NCBI GenBank assembly: GCA_964187785.1
Contig: OZ076418.1
Span: 45,322,001 to 45,386,000, forward strand
From: Amphiscolops sp. MND2022
Lineage: Eukaryota
Length of the DNA stretch: 64,000 nt
Reading direction: 5' to 3'
The notes beneath the pieces were generated by a model. That model was not told where the DNA came from and did no database searches. It saw only the letters and a list, made by a program, of their open reading frames with translations. Below, piece by piece: positions 33,123-46,339 of the stretch; position 1 is the stretch's first letter; each line of letters starts with the position of its first letter. A program made the position numbers and the translations under genes.

Positions 33123-35151
33123 GCTGTACGATAATATAACCGAATGGTTATTGAGAAGAATTTGCATGCATTGACTTTAACTTTACTCTAATTAGTTACA
33201 AACTCACATATAAGTTTCGTCATTCAAAGCCCCCTGTCGAACATAGCGACAAATGACAAGTGAGAATTCAATCCAATCTGACATAAATGTTTCTGCATTG
33301 TTATAGTTTGGCTGAACTCCCTATCACGAGAAACAATTCGGTGTTTAATTGCCTGTTCAGTTGCTCAATCTCCTGTCGCCCAGACGGAAGTAATACCAAC
33401 TGGGATACGGTGACTAAAATATCACGTACTTGAATGGAGTAATGAAGTGAAGATTCGGGAGGAATTGAAAAAACGCTACATAGATGGTGATTTTCCTCCA
33501 AGTAAAAAACTGTATGAAACATAATAAATCTACAATGAATCTACTGTATGGAACATATTACACTAGGGTACCAAAAAACTCTGTACATTTGAAATTGAAG
33601 TCAAAGTTCTGAGAATAATCTTGAGCGTGATATGTTTAAGCTGAATATTTTTGCCATTCATTCATTCAGTTCCAAGGAAAAAAACCATCAGATCAATTTT
33701 TCGTTTGCCAAATTGTAACACTGAGAAATTCGAGATCCTGGTCAGAAACTCAGAAAACAGTCAATTCCGAAAACCGATCAACTGCACAATTGGCATACAA
33801 ACGTGACTTGAAAAACGATTCTTACCTTGCTGCAACACATGATTGCACTTGAGTGTCCTATTCGGCATTGGAACGGTTGTCCCTGTCTCCGGTACTGCAC
33901 GTATTCGCGGACGTCTTTTTAAGTCCTACCGACGTATCATTCAACTTAATTTCATTCCGTCAATAAACTTCTACAACATAGATCATCTCAACAAGACTCC
34001 AATCTTCAATCAGGTTGAGCTTTATCTTTGAGTTCCCTAAAGTCTAGTCTGTTAGTTTGAACTGTTTTCGTGAGTTACCGCGTTGGAGCTCCCTTAGAAG
34101 ATACACCGAAACAGCAAAAATAGATCAAATGAAGGATGGTATGTCTAGACAAAGATCTAGACATTTTTTTCGTGCTTAGATTGATTTCGTTCCAGTCGAA
34201 CTGTAGCTTGACCGCATGCCCAGACCTCTAAGTAGGTGATAGGCTAATTACTCCTGAGAGAACCTCTGAAAATACAGCTTAACAAAGATGAGTCATCACA
34301 GTGTTGGCAAATAAGAAAAAAACTTAGTCGTATTCCGTTAATGTTGCAGGATGGACATACCCCATGTGGACTGAAACTGTTCCCAGTATCACTGGCATGC
34401 ATTGGTATGTCGATAACAGCATCTCTTGAATCCTATGACCTCAAACAAAATTCCAAAATGGAACGGGCGTTTGTTTTCTCAGATAGTATAGTAAATCCAT
34501 GAAGAGTCTTGAAATGACCACAATGAACACAAAAACCTAGCAATAACGTTCTCGAGCTGACCAATCAACATCGGCATCATCGTATCATCGTTAGAATCGT
34601 CAATCGTGTCCCTGGAACGCTTTCCACTGATTTCATGTCGAACTGACCACAATCGCTCGCTTCGACGAACAACACCTATGCTCATAGAAGAACCACATCC
34701 ACAAAATGCACACCATAGGGTCATTTGACAGATCCAGACAGGACAACTGTAGATAACATTACGCGACTGAAACCTATTGCTGAAACCTATTGTTTTCAAC
34801 ATTTAGCTGGCCACAAACTGAGAGCCAAAAAACTTACCCTGTCGGTCATAAAGAAAGTCAAGCTCATGCCAGGCATCACTTCTGGACAAATGGGTTGACA
34901 TTGTATCATTATCATCGTCATGATACATCGCCATGATCATCAACCTCTCCAAAGCCATTCACTCGCCGCACTGCGCCAAGCGGTCAGCCAAGCGATTGAT
35001 AAAATCAAATACTATTCAAAGCAAAGTAGTCCCTGGCAGATTTATCAGTGACTGACGAGCACACGAGATTTAACAGGGACCAAGACGAGCACGCGGGTTT
35101 CCCCCAATTGCACTCTGCACTAACCGACGGTAGCACACCGATGTTACAACC

Positions 35152-35464
35152 TGTAACGGGGCTACAAACTGTCATACCAAAACAATAGAAAAGAGCAATA
35201 CAAAACAATCTATTAAAACTGAAGTGACAGCAATCTAATTAATTAAAGTGACCAATTAATGGCAGTCTTATGTTTGTAGTTGTTGATATATATATATTTG
35301 TACATTAGATACCAGCAACATTATAGACCATCGTAGTGATGGCCCATCCACTTTGCCACATGGTCTCCATAGAAATAGATTCTTGTCTCGCTTCCCTTTA
35401 TTCCTGAAACAGTAGCAGTATCAGAACTTCAGTAGAATTACGTATTACTACCTAAACTATAACA
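35152..35464 (+). repeat. Gypsy-2 5' LTR
   Basis: TG..CA, 313 bp; differs from the 3' LTR by about 3 substitutions and one TA unit. Confidence 0.95.
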
Positions 35465-38400
35465 TGGCGCTGCGAGCACCTGAATATTCAGGAGGACCAC
35501 AAGCAATTGCAGGTCTACCAACTTACTGGACTGACGCATCAAAAACACCCACATTAGAATGGGAAAAGTGGATAGACCTCTTTGAGGTAGCGTTAATGGC
35601 GAAAAACAATATTTCAATATCTTAGCTGACGAAGACGACAGGAGCAAAAGAAAAAAGTCTAATGGGAGATTTAGACGAAATACCCGCAACGAAGAAGGCA
35701 ATAAGCGTTCTATATCTGGCATTGGGAGCAGCAGGGAGAAAAACAATTGCAGACAAGTTTCCGACGACAAATATAGCAACAGTAAATCTAACGGATTTAC
35801 TAAAGAATTGCAAAGAATATTTCGAGAAACCAAAGAATGAAACATTAGATAGATTCAAATTCCTATCCAGAAAACAGAAAGAAGGAGAATCACTCAAACA
35901 ATTCTGGAACGAATTGAACGGATTAGCATCAAAATGCAACTTTGGAGCAATAACCGAAAGCTTAGTGAAAGATGTATTCATAGTGAATATGAATAACAAA
36001 GAAGTACAACAAAAGCTGTGCACTGAACCCAAAACAAACGTAAATGACAACATACAATTTGCAATTGCATACGAAGAGGGAACGATAAGACATCAATCGT
36101 TTGGAACATTGGAGAAACCCAAAATAAAAGCAGAACCGTCCGAAATAAATAACATAAATCAAAGGGCAAAAAGATGGGGACCTCAAAAGAAATGCTTCCG
36201 CTGTGAAGGAATCTTCACCCCACAACACTTGAAAGAGTGCAAGGCAATAGGAATAACTTGCATGAAATGCGGAAAAAAGGGGCACTTCGCAAAATGCTGC
36301 TAAACAAAAGGAGCTGGAAGTTTTGCAAAAAGCAGAAAGGTTGCAAAACCACCACCAAGAATTCAACGAATTGACGAATGGAGCGACAGTGAGAATGAAG
36401 GGTCAATAGTAGACGAAGAAAAAGTGGTACTAACCATAGAAGGTGACGAAAATGGACACTTCACAATGAAGGGCAAAATCAACGGCAATGAATTCCAGAC
36501 AATGGTAGATTCAGGATCGCCAGTAACCATCTTCGAAATAGATGAATTGAAGAAATTAATGAAACGAAAAACACTATTCATCAGGGAATTACCAGCGATG
36601 AGGAATACGTGGATTTCAATCGGAAGAAACTAGAATTGTTGGGCTACATATTCTGCCATCTGGAAGTTGGGGAAAGTAAACTCAACAAAGCAAGAATATT
36701 AATCGCACAGAAGGGAGCAAAATCGCTAATTGGACGAGATTGGCTGAATGCTTTCAACTACAAATTTGTATCACCCAATCAAAGTGAAGGTAAACAAGCT
36801 ATTTATAAAATTAGTAGTAATTCGAGCAAAAACAGTAAAATAGAAAAAGAGAACGAAAAGAGCATTCACAATGAAGTGAATGAACAAACAAAAATAAAGG
36901 AACAATTTAACGAACTATTTACAAGACAAGGGAAATTAATAGGCCATGAAGTCAAAATAGAATTCAAACCACATGCAAAAATAACACAACAAAAGGGTAG
37001 AAGAGTACCCATTCAACTGCAAGATGCAGTACAAAAGGAAATAGAAAGGTTGTTGCATGAAGGACACATTGAAAGAGTAAAAGAAGTAACGGACAAACAA
37101 TTCATTCAGCCAATAGTAATCACGGTGAAAAGAGATAAGAGTGTGAAAATAGCACTCGACGCACGCGCATTAAACAAAGAAGTCGTAAAAGATAAATACC
37201 AAATGCCGAAATTAGAGCACCTTGTCGATATGGTAGCAGAACAATTAGATACAGAAAACGAAGGAATAGCATGGTATACTTCTCTTGACATGCAATACGC
37301 GTACGGACAAGTGCCACTAAATAAAGAAACAGCAAAACACTGTAATTTCCAAATAATAGGAGGGAAAGCTACTGGAACATACAAATTCGTAACAGGATTT
37401 ACGGTTCAACAGTAATGCCAACCGAGTTCCAAAAAGCCATGGACACCGAATTAGCAAACATCCCCAACACGTACGTATTCCTAGATGATATTCTTGTAGT
37501 AACAAAAGAATCAAAAGAAAATCACTACAAAGTGGTAAAAACAGTATTAACAAAGCTAAATAAAGCTAACGTTAGACTAAAATGGGAACAATGTAATTTA
37601 GCACAAAAAGAAATTGAATGGTTGGGATATAAATTAACCCAAAATGGAATAAGCCCAATAAACACCAAAATACAAGCAATAACTGAAAAACTTAGACCGA
37701 AAAATCTAAAGCAACTACGTTCTTATCTGGGAGCTGTAAACCAGATGAACAGATTTATACCGAATTTAGCCCAACTTTGCTTTCCACTAAGACCTTTACT
37801 AAAAAAGGATAAAACATGGAACTGGGAGGAGAAACACGAAAAAGCTTTTAAAGAAATAAACGAACAGGTAAAAAGAGTAACAGAAGTGGGGCACTTCAAG
37901 AAAAGCGAAAATATCCGAATAATATGCGACGCAAGTAAAGCCGGATTAGGCGCTGTACTACAACAACAAGACGAAATTGGATGGAGACCAATACATTTCG
38001 CATCCAGATTTTTAACGCCACTAGAAGAAAACTATTCCATAAACGAATTGGAACTACTCGCCGTTGTGTGGGCGATTGAACATTTTAAAAACTACTTATA
38101 CGGAATAAAATTCCAAGTCGTATCAGACCACAAGGCACTAGCAACAGTGCTGAAAGGAAATAAAGGCAACAAAACCTACTCGAGTAGACTCACTCGATGG
38201 GTAGATCGACTACTACCGTTTGACTTTGACATATTCCACGCACCTGGAAGAACAATTGGCATAGCTGACTACCTTTCACGCCATCCATCACAAATAGAAG
38301 GAGAAAGCGTAAAAGCTAAAGAATTATGGAACAACTGGTTCACAGTGAACCATGTAAATAATGTAAATAGTATTTTAGCTGAAGAATTCACTCGACCAAT

Positions 38401-40165
38401 CAGAGGACGACAATGGTTGAAACTCAACCGCGAAGATAGACGCAGCAAGAGTGAACAAACACACGCGAACAAGCAAGCAACGCAACTGACCAAAATGGGA
38501 CAGAACAACTCAACAAACGCCTTAGCAGGTAAACGAATCTCAAAGCAATTTGAATCGAAAGTTGAAATAGCCAACAAAATTGGTGAAAACATGCTTATCG
38601 CAAATTATAACGACGACGAAAATCTACAAAAACTAATCAAATTAGTAAAAAGTCCTACAAAAGCAAAAATCAAAGCTCTGGAAAGCCCGTGGAGAGAGAG
38701 ATTTAATTCGATCTCCATTGATGAAAATAACTTACTCTACATGGATGATCGTCTTATAATACCGAAAAACTTACAGACTCCCATCAAAAATTCGCTACAT
38801 TGGGGCCACCCCGCACGTGACCAAATGTTAAGGCAAATTATCGATATTTGGTGGCCAAAGATACAGAGAGACATTACGCTACTTACCAAAACATGTCCAG
38901 AATGCAAAGCAGCAGGTAAGTCAATAAAACCAATGTTAAATCAAAAACAATTTGGCAAACTACCAACACCAAAAGAAGTAAATGAAGAAATTGCAATAGA
39001 TTTCGCTGGCCCATTCAAAATAGCAAAAAGTTCAAAGAAATACTTAATAGTATCAATCGACAGTAAAACAGGCTGGCCGGACGCAAAATTTATGCGAGCC
39101 CCAACTACTAATAAAGTAATAGAATTCCTTGAAAGATATATTGCAGATAATGGCATCCCAAGAAAAATTCGAACAGATCCGGGAACAGCATTTACAAGTA
39201 ACAAATTTAAACAATTCTGTCAAAAATACTTTATACAACACATAAAATGCCCAATATATGATCACCGCGGTAATGGTAAAGTAGAAAGACTTATACGCAC
39301 AATAAACGAAAGACTGAGAACCAACAAAAGAATAATACTGGATAAAGAAAATAACGGACTATCAGAAATATTATACTCAATACGAAATGCACCAAAAAGT
39401 AATAACGTATCTCCAGCGGAACTACAACTAGGGAGAAAATTAACTACAATCAAAGAAATCATAACTACAAAACCAACTACAAACTACAATTCTGTTTCAG
39501 ATAACGACAAAGACTTCGAACTGGAGATGAGTGACTTTCCCCAAGAACAAGACTCAGAAATAATGGTCAGAGAAAGAGCACGGGGCTCAAAACTAGAAGA
39601 AGTCTACAAGCGAAAGAAAGGACGAATCACAGGCGAAACACAGCATACGCTGACAATGAAAGAAAGTGGAAAATCAACAACGCAAACATTCAGCAAACGT
39701 GAAATAGCGAAGCCACAACAATTGGTCCAACAAAGCAGCCAATCAAAACACACGAATCCACCACAACACAAGAAGGACATAAAACAAACCAAAACCAACG
39801 AACAACAAAACACAAAGAAAAGAAGAGAGAAGAAAATCCCAACAGAATTCAAACGTCTCGCAAATTGGAGAGAACTATTAGAATCAGAAGACGAAGAAGA
39901 AAACGACCAACGAAGAAATGAAAGAAAACAAGCAAACCCACCAAAAACACCAATAAAAGCAACAGTCAACTGGGAAAAACCACAACTGACAAAAGAAGAA
40001 CCAGAAAGCGAAAACGAAACAGATAGCAATACAAGCAATGAACGACCAAAAAGAAACCGCACCACACCGGACTACTATGGAAACCCGGTCATGATATGTG
40101 GAATAGAAAACACAAACAAAGAAGGAGAAAGAGAGGTAATCACAATCTCAAGTGACGAAAACTAA
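35464..40165 (+). pseudogene. Gypsy-2 gag-pol with 2 stops and 2 frameshifts
   Basis: CMKCGKKGHFAKC knuckle; MVDSGS protease; FLDD RT; CDAS..ELE..DHK RNase H; IDFAG, TDPG, VER integrase. Stops at 35623 and 36301; shifts near 36597 and 37400. Confidence 0.93.
35465..35478 (+). promoter_or_regulatory. Gypsy-2 PBS, tRNA-Ser-like
   Basis: TGGCGCTGCGAGCA immediately after the LTR. Confidence 0.75.
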
Positions 40166-40252
40166 AAACAAGTAAATTGCACTAGCCAAAGCCCAAAGAT
40201 ATTTATGTTGAACCCAAACCACAGAGCTCGTCAAGAATCGAACAGAGGGGAA

Positions 40253-40563
40253 TGTAACGGGGCTACAAACTGTCATACCAAAACAATAGAAAAGAGCAAT
40301 ACAAAACAATCTATTAAAACTGAAGTGACAGCAATCTAATTAATTAAAGTGACCAATTAATGGCAGTCTTATGTTTGTAGTTGTTGATATATATATTTGT
40401 ACATTAGATACCAGCAACATTATAGACCATCGTAGTGATGGCCCATCCACTTTGCCACATGGTCTTCATAGAATTAGATTCTTGTCTCGCTTCCCTTTAT
40501 TCCTGAAACAGTAGCAGTATCAGAACTTCAGTAGAATTACGTATTACTACTTAAACTATAACA
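40253..40563 (+). repeat. Gypsy-2 3' LTR
   Basis: 311-bp copy of the 5' LTR, followed by the TSD. Confidence 0.95.
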
Positions 40564-41889
40564 CAACCTAACAACTCTCTGGACCAGACGGCGGCATATG
40601 CAAATAATTCAAGACGAAGGACGGATACATTGTGTTATATGAACAAGCAAAGGAAAACTATCCCACAATCAAACAGACCTGTGTACAATTCAGCGATGGC
40701 AGATGACCACTTCATGAGCCCACCCAATGCTTACCGTAAAATTGTTTGTCCGGCCAAAGACTCTGTAAGACCAGCGAAACAATATACCAGTTCACTTGAA
40801 TACCATTAATGCAACGATTGCTCAACGGTATCATCCTTGTTCTCTCATTATTCGAATCAACAATCTTCCCCCGAGCTGATCTGCAATCAGATCCATATCG
40901 CAGGTCACTCGAGATCTTTCTAATAACTCCCCAGGAACCCTAGACTTGTGACAGCCCCCCGCTGGGGTGTGAGAAATGTAGGAAGGAAATAAGTATCCTC
41001 GGGCGAAGGAACGGCAAAAAAGTAGGGAAGAATCTAATCATTAAACAAACAACTCGAACTACTTTGAATTAGTTTTTACATATAATTATGAAGATATTTT
41101 GATCATATAATAATCAGGGGTGCGCATGCAATAATCTATTGGAAGATCAATAAATTATTCCAAAAAATTATTTATTGCAAGGCTTTTCACCGTCAATATT
41201 TTATTGGCAGAAAATAATAAATAATATAATTTATTACATCATGTAATAAATGAAGTAATAAGTGGGACATAGAATAGAGCGCTCGTGTTACATGTGAGTC
41301 TACTTCAACTGGCCGACTGATCAACTGAACGAAAGCGCAACTGACCGACTGATTGAATGATGAAATTGAATTTGATTGGTTATTGGAAATACGAGACGGT
41401 TTCGGTAATTTCATCATCTTGTCGGAGAATTTGATTGGTTAATGGAAATACGAGACGGTTTCGGAAATTTCATCATCTTGTCGGAAAATAAACAACGTTC
41501 GAAAAACGCGTCGAAAAATTCCATATCAGCGATTATTTTCAGGTTGTTATTTGAAGTGGTTAGCATATTTGTTGTATGGCTCGGTCGCTTCGCTCCCTTC
41601 GCCAAGTAGCAACATTGAGGCATGGCCGTATGGCACGTCGCTCCGCTTCGCTTCGCTCCTGCATTTAGGGCACTAGGAGTATGTGAACATATCTGACTAC
41701 GTTATCGTAATTTTCTATTCACGCATTCGGCTAGTTGCACATTCTTCCAATTGAACAGTCGGCCAGTTGCACGGTACCCGTTACATGTATTTGTTATGTA
41801 ATATTTATCATCAATTTATTCGTCTGATTTTCATTTCCTTGGAGCAACAGCTTGAATAAATCACTGAATACATACTTGAAATCACTGTA

Positions 41890-42248
41890 CAGTTGAACCT
41901 CGGTATTAAGTACCTCCGCGGGAGAGTGAAATTACCTACTTTATAACGCTATATTTTAACACAAAAATTTGTCCCGAAGTCTGTTTTCATGGTATAGAAC
42001 CAAAGGTGTCTAAACTCGAATCACTAGGAACTCACGCATAATCTGTCGTTTCAATCTTTGGTTTTTAGGACATGACGGATATTTTAACACAAAAATTTGT
42101 CCCGAAGTCTGTTTTCATGGTATAGAACCAAAGGTGTCTAAAATCGAATCACTAGGACCTCACGCATAATCTGTCGTTTCAATCTTTGGTTTTTAGGATT
42201 TGACGGAAATTTTAATCCAAAAATTTACTCAATACCGCGAGTCAACTG
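41890..42248. mobile_element. pogo/Tigger-like MITE with an internal tandem duplication of about 125 bp
   Basis: TA|CAGTTGAACCTCGGTATT ... AATACCGCGAGTCAACTG|TA. Confidence 0.7.
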
Positions 42249-43729
42249 TAATAAGTACCTCAGCTACCAACCAGCCAACTAAGTATTGAAACTTGAGTCA
42301 ACGGCCTGATCAACCATCCCAATATCTTGATATTTCAACTAATTAGGTTTGCTGTTTTGGAATTTTCTATCAAAATTGTGTAGCTTTAAATGAGTTGAAA
42401 GTTTTACTTGGTTTAGGGAACTGAATTACATTGATTAATTGATGATTGGTGTATATTGATATCAAGAGCCGTATTTTGTCCAAACAATTTAAGTCACTAT
42501 ACCAGGAAACCTATCCTACCTAACTAACCGCGTGGATGCTTAGGATGGATCACTTACTTGAAAACGAATGTTTCGTCGAGATATTAGTTTCTGTTCAATA
42601 ATCAACCAAAAAACTGCCAGTTTTATTTTAGTGTTTCAATTATATTGCATGTAAAAAATGTGTGGAATTGTCTCAGGGGTACTAATCTCAGTAGTCTCTC
42701 ACTGACTTTCAAGTTGTTGCTATGGGATCTTTGAAAGCTATTTTTTATTTTGCAGTTTTAATTGCAATATTATGATTATTTTGTTGCATCGGTCCAATTT
42801 GTAAGTACATCTTTCCGGTGAAAAACACGTTCGTTATCCCGATTCAAGTTGCTAGGTTGAAGTACTTTAGTGGCCACAGCGGTTCGGGGCCTCGAATTGG
42901 CGAAACTGAAGCGGAAGGGACGCTGAATTGGGATTCAGGCAGAAAGTTATTTCCCACTATTCTTTGAAGTAATATGAATTCGAGAGCTTTCCTTTTTCGG
43001 ATTCTCCTGCCTCGAAAGGACGCAGAACTGAACAAGGTGTGAAGTACACGTGCTTGTCTTCCGAAACCCGGTCGACTTCTCAGCAAACGGATGAGAAATC
43101 GCTGAAAACAAATTGTATTGATTATGACTAGCCAAGTTAATTATATTCTTCAATTAGTAAATTTTAAATAGCAAGAGAAACAGCTTCCCAAACATCAAGG
43201 TCCCAAATCGGTCCAATATAATTTCTGTTCCATCCAAAAACATAGTTTGTGAAGAAGAGTTCTGCTGTCCATACTATGGCAAGTAGTTCTAATGTGTAGT
43301 GAGGCATGTTGACTTTCTTTCACCGAAATTTTTGAAGCGCGAGGAATTAGACTACAATTTATCGATTTTTTGCATCAGGAAGTCTCCCAGTTCTTGGTGG
43401 CTCGCGTTGCAAACTGTGTGCTTTCAAGTTTAATTCGCCGTTCTTGTACTTGTTAAATCTTCGACGTCCTTTTTTGTTCCAATCCCAAGTTCTGTCCTAT
43501 CTGAATAAGTCTCTAATCGTTTCAGTTCTTTGCGCTAGACACTAGACTAAGAATGAACTTCGTTCATCGATTGACTGCACCAAGTCAGGATCTTAGCTTT
43601 CAAGTTCTTCCATTTCGTTTTTCCTCGAAAGGTTTTTCCCTTTCGTTTTTCCATTTCGTTTTTTTGACAGTGCGTAGCTACGTTTTATTTTCCAGAGATT
43701 CCTGTCTTATTTTCAGTTCCGCAGATGTA

Positions 43730-44355
43730 CAGTAGTGATATTATTAAAAGCAACAAAGCACGCGGAAAGAGCAAAGAAACAAATCTCATTGGCTAAATAA
43801 CGTCTCTCGCGCTTATTTCATTGGTCGAGAGCGATTTCCAAAACATCAATTTTTAGTTTTTTTGAATTTTTGACCCACTTTTTTGAAACATTTCGAATCT
43901 GGCAATATAATTTTTTCTCGAAAATATTCTAAATTGTATTAGTACGTGCTTGTTTTAAGTGGCTATGTTTCAAAACCGTATCTTAATACATGTATTTTCG
44001 AAAAAGTCTAATTTTACAGCGCATTTTTTCTACGATTTTAAGATGATTTCTGAATCAAAACATATCAGGGGCTTCAGTTAAACCAGGGGGGTCAATTGAA
44101 CGAAAAATATTTCAAACACTTTGAGCAAAAGTATGTCAAAAGTGAGAAAAACCTCAATTTTGGCCTAAATTTGGCTAAAAATGGCCTATCGTAACTTCTA
44201 CAATTTTCATCGCATGATTTTCAAACAAACATATTTGTAAACTAGATAAAATTCTAAGAAACTTTCACTTTTATCATGTTTCAAAATTCGCTGCTGTTTC
44301 AGAGATATTCAATTTTGAGATTTGCCTTTTGTTGCTTTTAATAATATCACTACTG
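43730..44355. mobile_element. Tc1/mariner-type MITE
   Basis: 28-bp TIR CAGTAGTGATATTATTAAAAGCAACAAA with TA on both sides. Confidence 0.8.
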
Positions 44356-44366
44356 TAGATTGGTTC

Positions 44367-44759
44367 TAGGGCTGTGCAATTAACCGACCGAACTAGATTA
44401 ACCCACCGAAGTTGAATTAGATTGAAGCTCGAAAGAAAAACTGGTTTACTGGAAAGAAAAAGACAAGTATTTCCTTTTTTAAGTGTAAAGGCCCAGTTTT
44501 TACGTGGAATACCAGCTACAGCAGTTCTTAGTGAACGACATTGGTCCGATTCAGGCAACATCACCACGCAAAGAAACTTTCCGCGAACTTGTTTTTTGAG
44601 AAGTTGCATTAAGTAAATTGTTCAAAACTGAAGTTGAAAATTACTTTATGAATAAAATTTGTTTATAAATAACCGACCGATAACCGATAACCGACCAAGT
44701 TTTTAAATGACCGACCGATAACCGACCGAACTCGAAAAAATGATAATTGCATAGCCCTA
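44367..44759 (+). mobile_element. hAT deletion derivative
   Basis: TIR TAGGGCT(G/A)TGCAATTA; 8-bp TSD ATTGGTTC/ATTGGTTT; internal GIPATAVLSERHWSDSGNI resembles the hAT dimerisation motif. Confidence 0.82.
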
Positions 44760-45875
44760 ATTGGTTTTCCATATCAATCAGGACAATCAGCTTTCCGGCG
44801 TCGCCTTGCTTTTTCTAAACCAGTTGCCGCAGCGTTTCGCGTTTCCTCTAATCATTAAATTTTCCTGAGACTTTCGCGGTCTCAATTGTGCAGTTCTTGA
44901 TAGCGTAGTAGTGAGACGAGAGTGGAGTCGAATCCTTGACAGGTCCAGATACTTTCTACTTTCTCAAAGTGAACTACATGTACACTAACAGTGCTTTGGC
45001 ATACAGCACAAATAGATTGACAAAAAAGTTCGGTATTGAGGTGTAAAAACTAAATAAATTGCATTTTTTTGCGCTGAGCGTCATGTCGATTCGAATCAAA
45101 AGATTTAATTTTTTTTCGAAAAGGTCCACACGTTTGACATTGTCTAAAATACATTTCCGATACAACGCCTTTGAATATTACGAATTTGGGATTTGAACAA
45201 CGAGGTTGAGAGGAATACGCGCCTATGCTTTTCGTTGTTACACATTCTTTGCTACAGTGCATTCCATTATATCGTTACTCCAAACAAAACCATATTTTAG
45301 GCAAAATTCCGAAACTAAATCTGTTTCTATGCTGGCAAATTGGATTGATGTACAGAAGCTACTCCTAAAGATTTTGCTCGCATGGGTATGCACAATGACG
45401 TAATGTAAATATCATTCAACTTCGACGACGATGGGAGCTTTCTGGTGAAATACATCAGCGGTGTTTCCTTTGTCGAATGAATTTAATTTGTACACATGTA
45501 GCGAAAGAGGGGTCAAGATCAGTTGATTAACTTGAAGCTTGATCTCATGTCTTGCAGGCACCTAGAAAACGTTGATCAATATCATCAAGAAAGTTCTGTT
45601 TCCATCCAATTCAAGTATTATTGGCATCCTCAGACTGTGAATCTTCACTGGCGCTAACATTGCCCAACGCTTACAGTCTTTTTTTTCTGATTAAAAATGG
45701 ACGCGAAGACGACGAAAAACTGCAGGGCTGCAGATAAGTTTGTGTTTGTATTTTTAGTCGGCGCTTTTCTTAAGAAAAGAGTCGACTATAGTCATGGCTT
45801 TTCGTCAGTGTTTCGTCTACCAAAAGTTCTACAAAATTTACAGAAGACGCCAAAATGTACCTGGTGGCCCAAGGA

Positions 45876-46082
45876 ACTGAACCAAAAAGGTTTCCCGCGT
45901 AACATACAATACCGGACGAGACCAAAGGGTCCTCCCTTTCAGTTTTTTCGGCATTGTGGGACTTTTTTCGAATTTTTTTTCGTAAAAGTGTTCCCAATTC
46001 ACCAATACTTGGAAATTTGAAGTCCTTTTGCTATTTTTGAGCCTTGGATATGGCGCCGACTTGGGCCGTTCCCGGCTTGTTA
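45876..46082 (+). repeat. SINE-like family copy (3' part)
   Basis: aaagggtcctccc and gccttggatatggcgccgacttgggccgttcccggcttg tail. Confidence 0.6.
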
Positions 46083-46339
46083 AAATTTGTAATGGCTGAA
46101 GTGTCGTCTTTTTAAGCAAGAGGACGGTGTTCGAGTCCCGTTATAGTTCAATTTTCTGTACTTTTACTACAGAATTGACAAATCTTTTTGAGACATGGGT
46201 TTTCTTTTTTATGTTCATTGGTAGACTCTGCAGCTTTTCCTCAAAACTTTCCGTTTCACCAAATGGCTCTCACATTGAATTCTTATACGTGAGACCTCCC
46301 GATAGATTGAAAGGTCTTTTGCATTTAAGCATCATCAGT

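Larger units (their letters stand above)
35152..40563 (+). mobile_element. Gypsy-2: full-length Ty3/Gypsy element (Mag-like, single gag-pol), 5.4 kb
   Basis: LTRs 35152..35464 and 40253..40563; TSD CAACC at 35147..35151 and 40564..40568; PBS TGGCGCTGCGAGCA; PPT AACAGAGGGGAA. Confidence 0.96.

Noticed and set aside
33308-33500. Downstream exon of the host gene
   Set aside because: Internal TGA and no phase link that I could establish.
41100-41700. Helitron 3' end (hairpin plus CTAG)
   Set aside because: Similarity with the 32880 copy continues past CTAG, so it is not a terminus; left as an unclassified repeat with a 60-bp tandem duplication.
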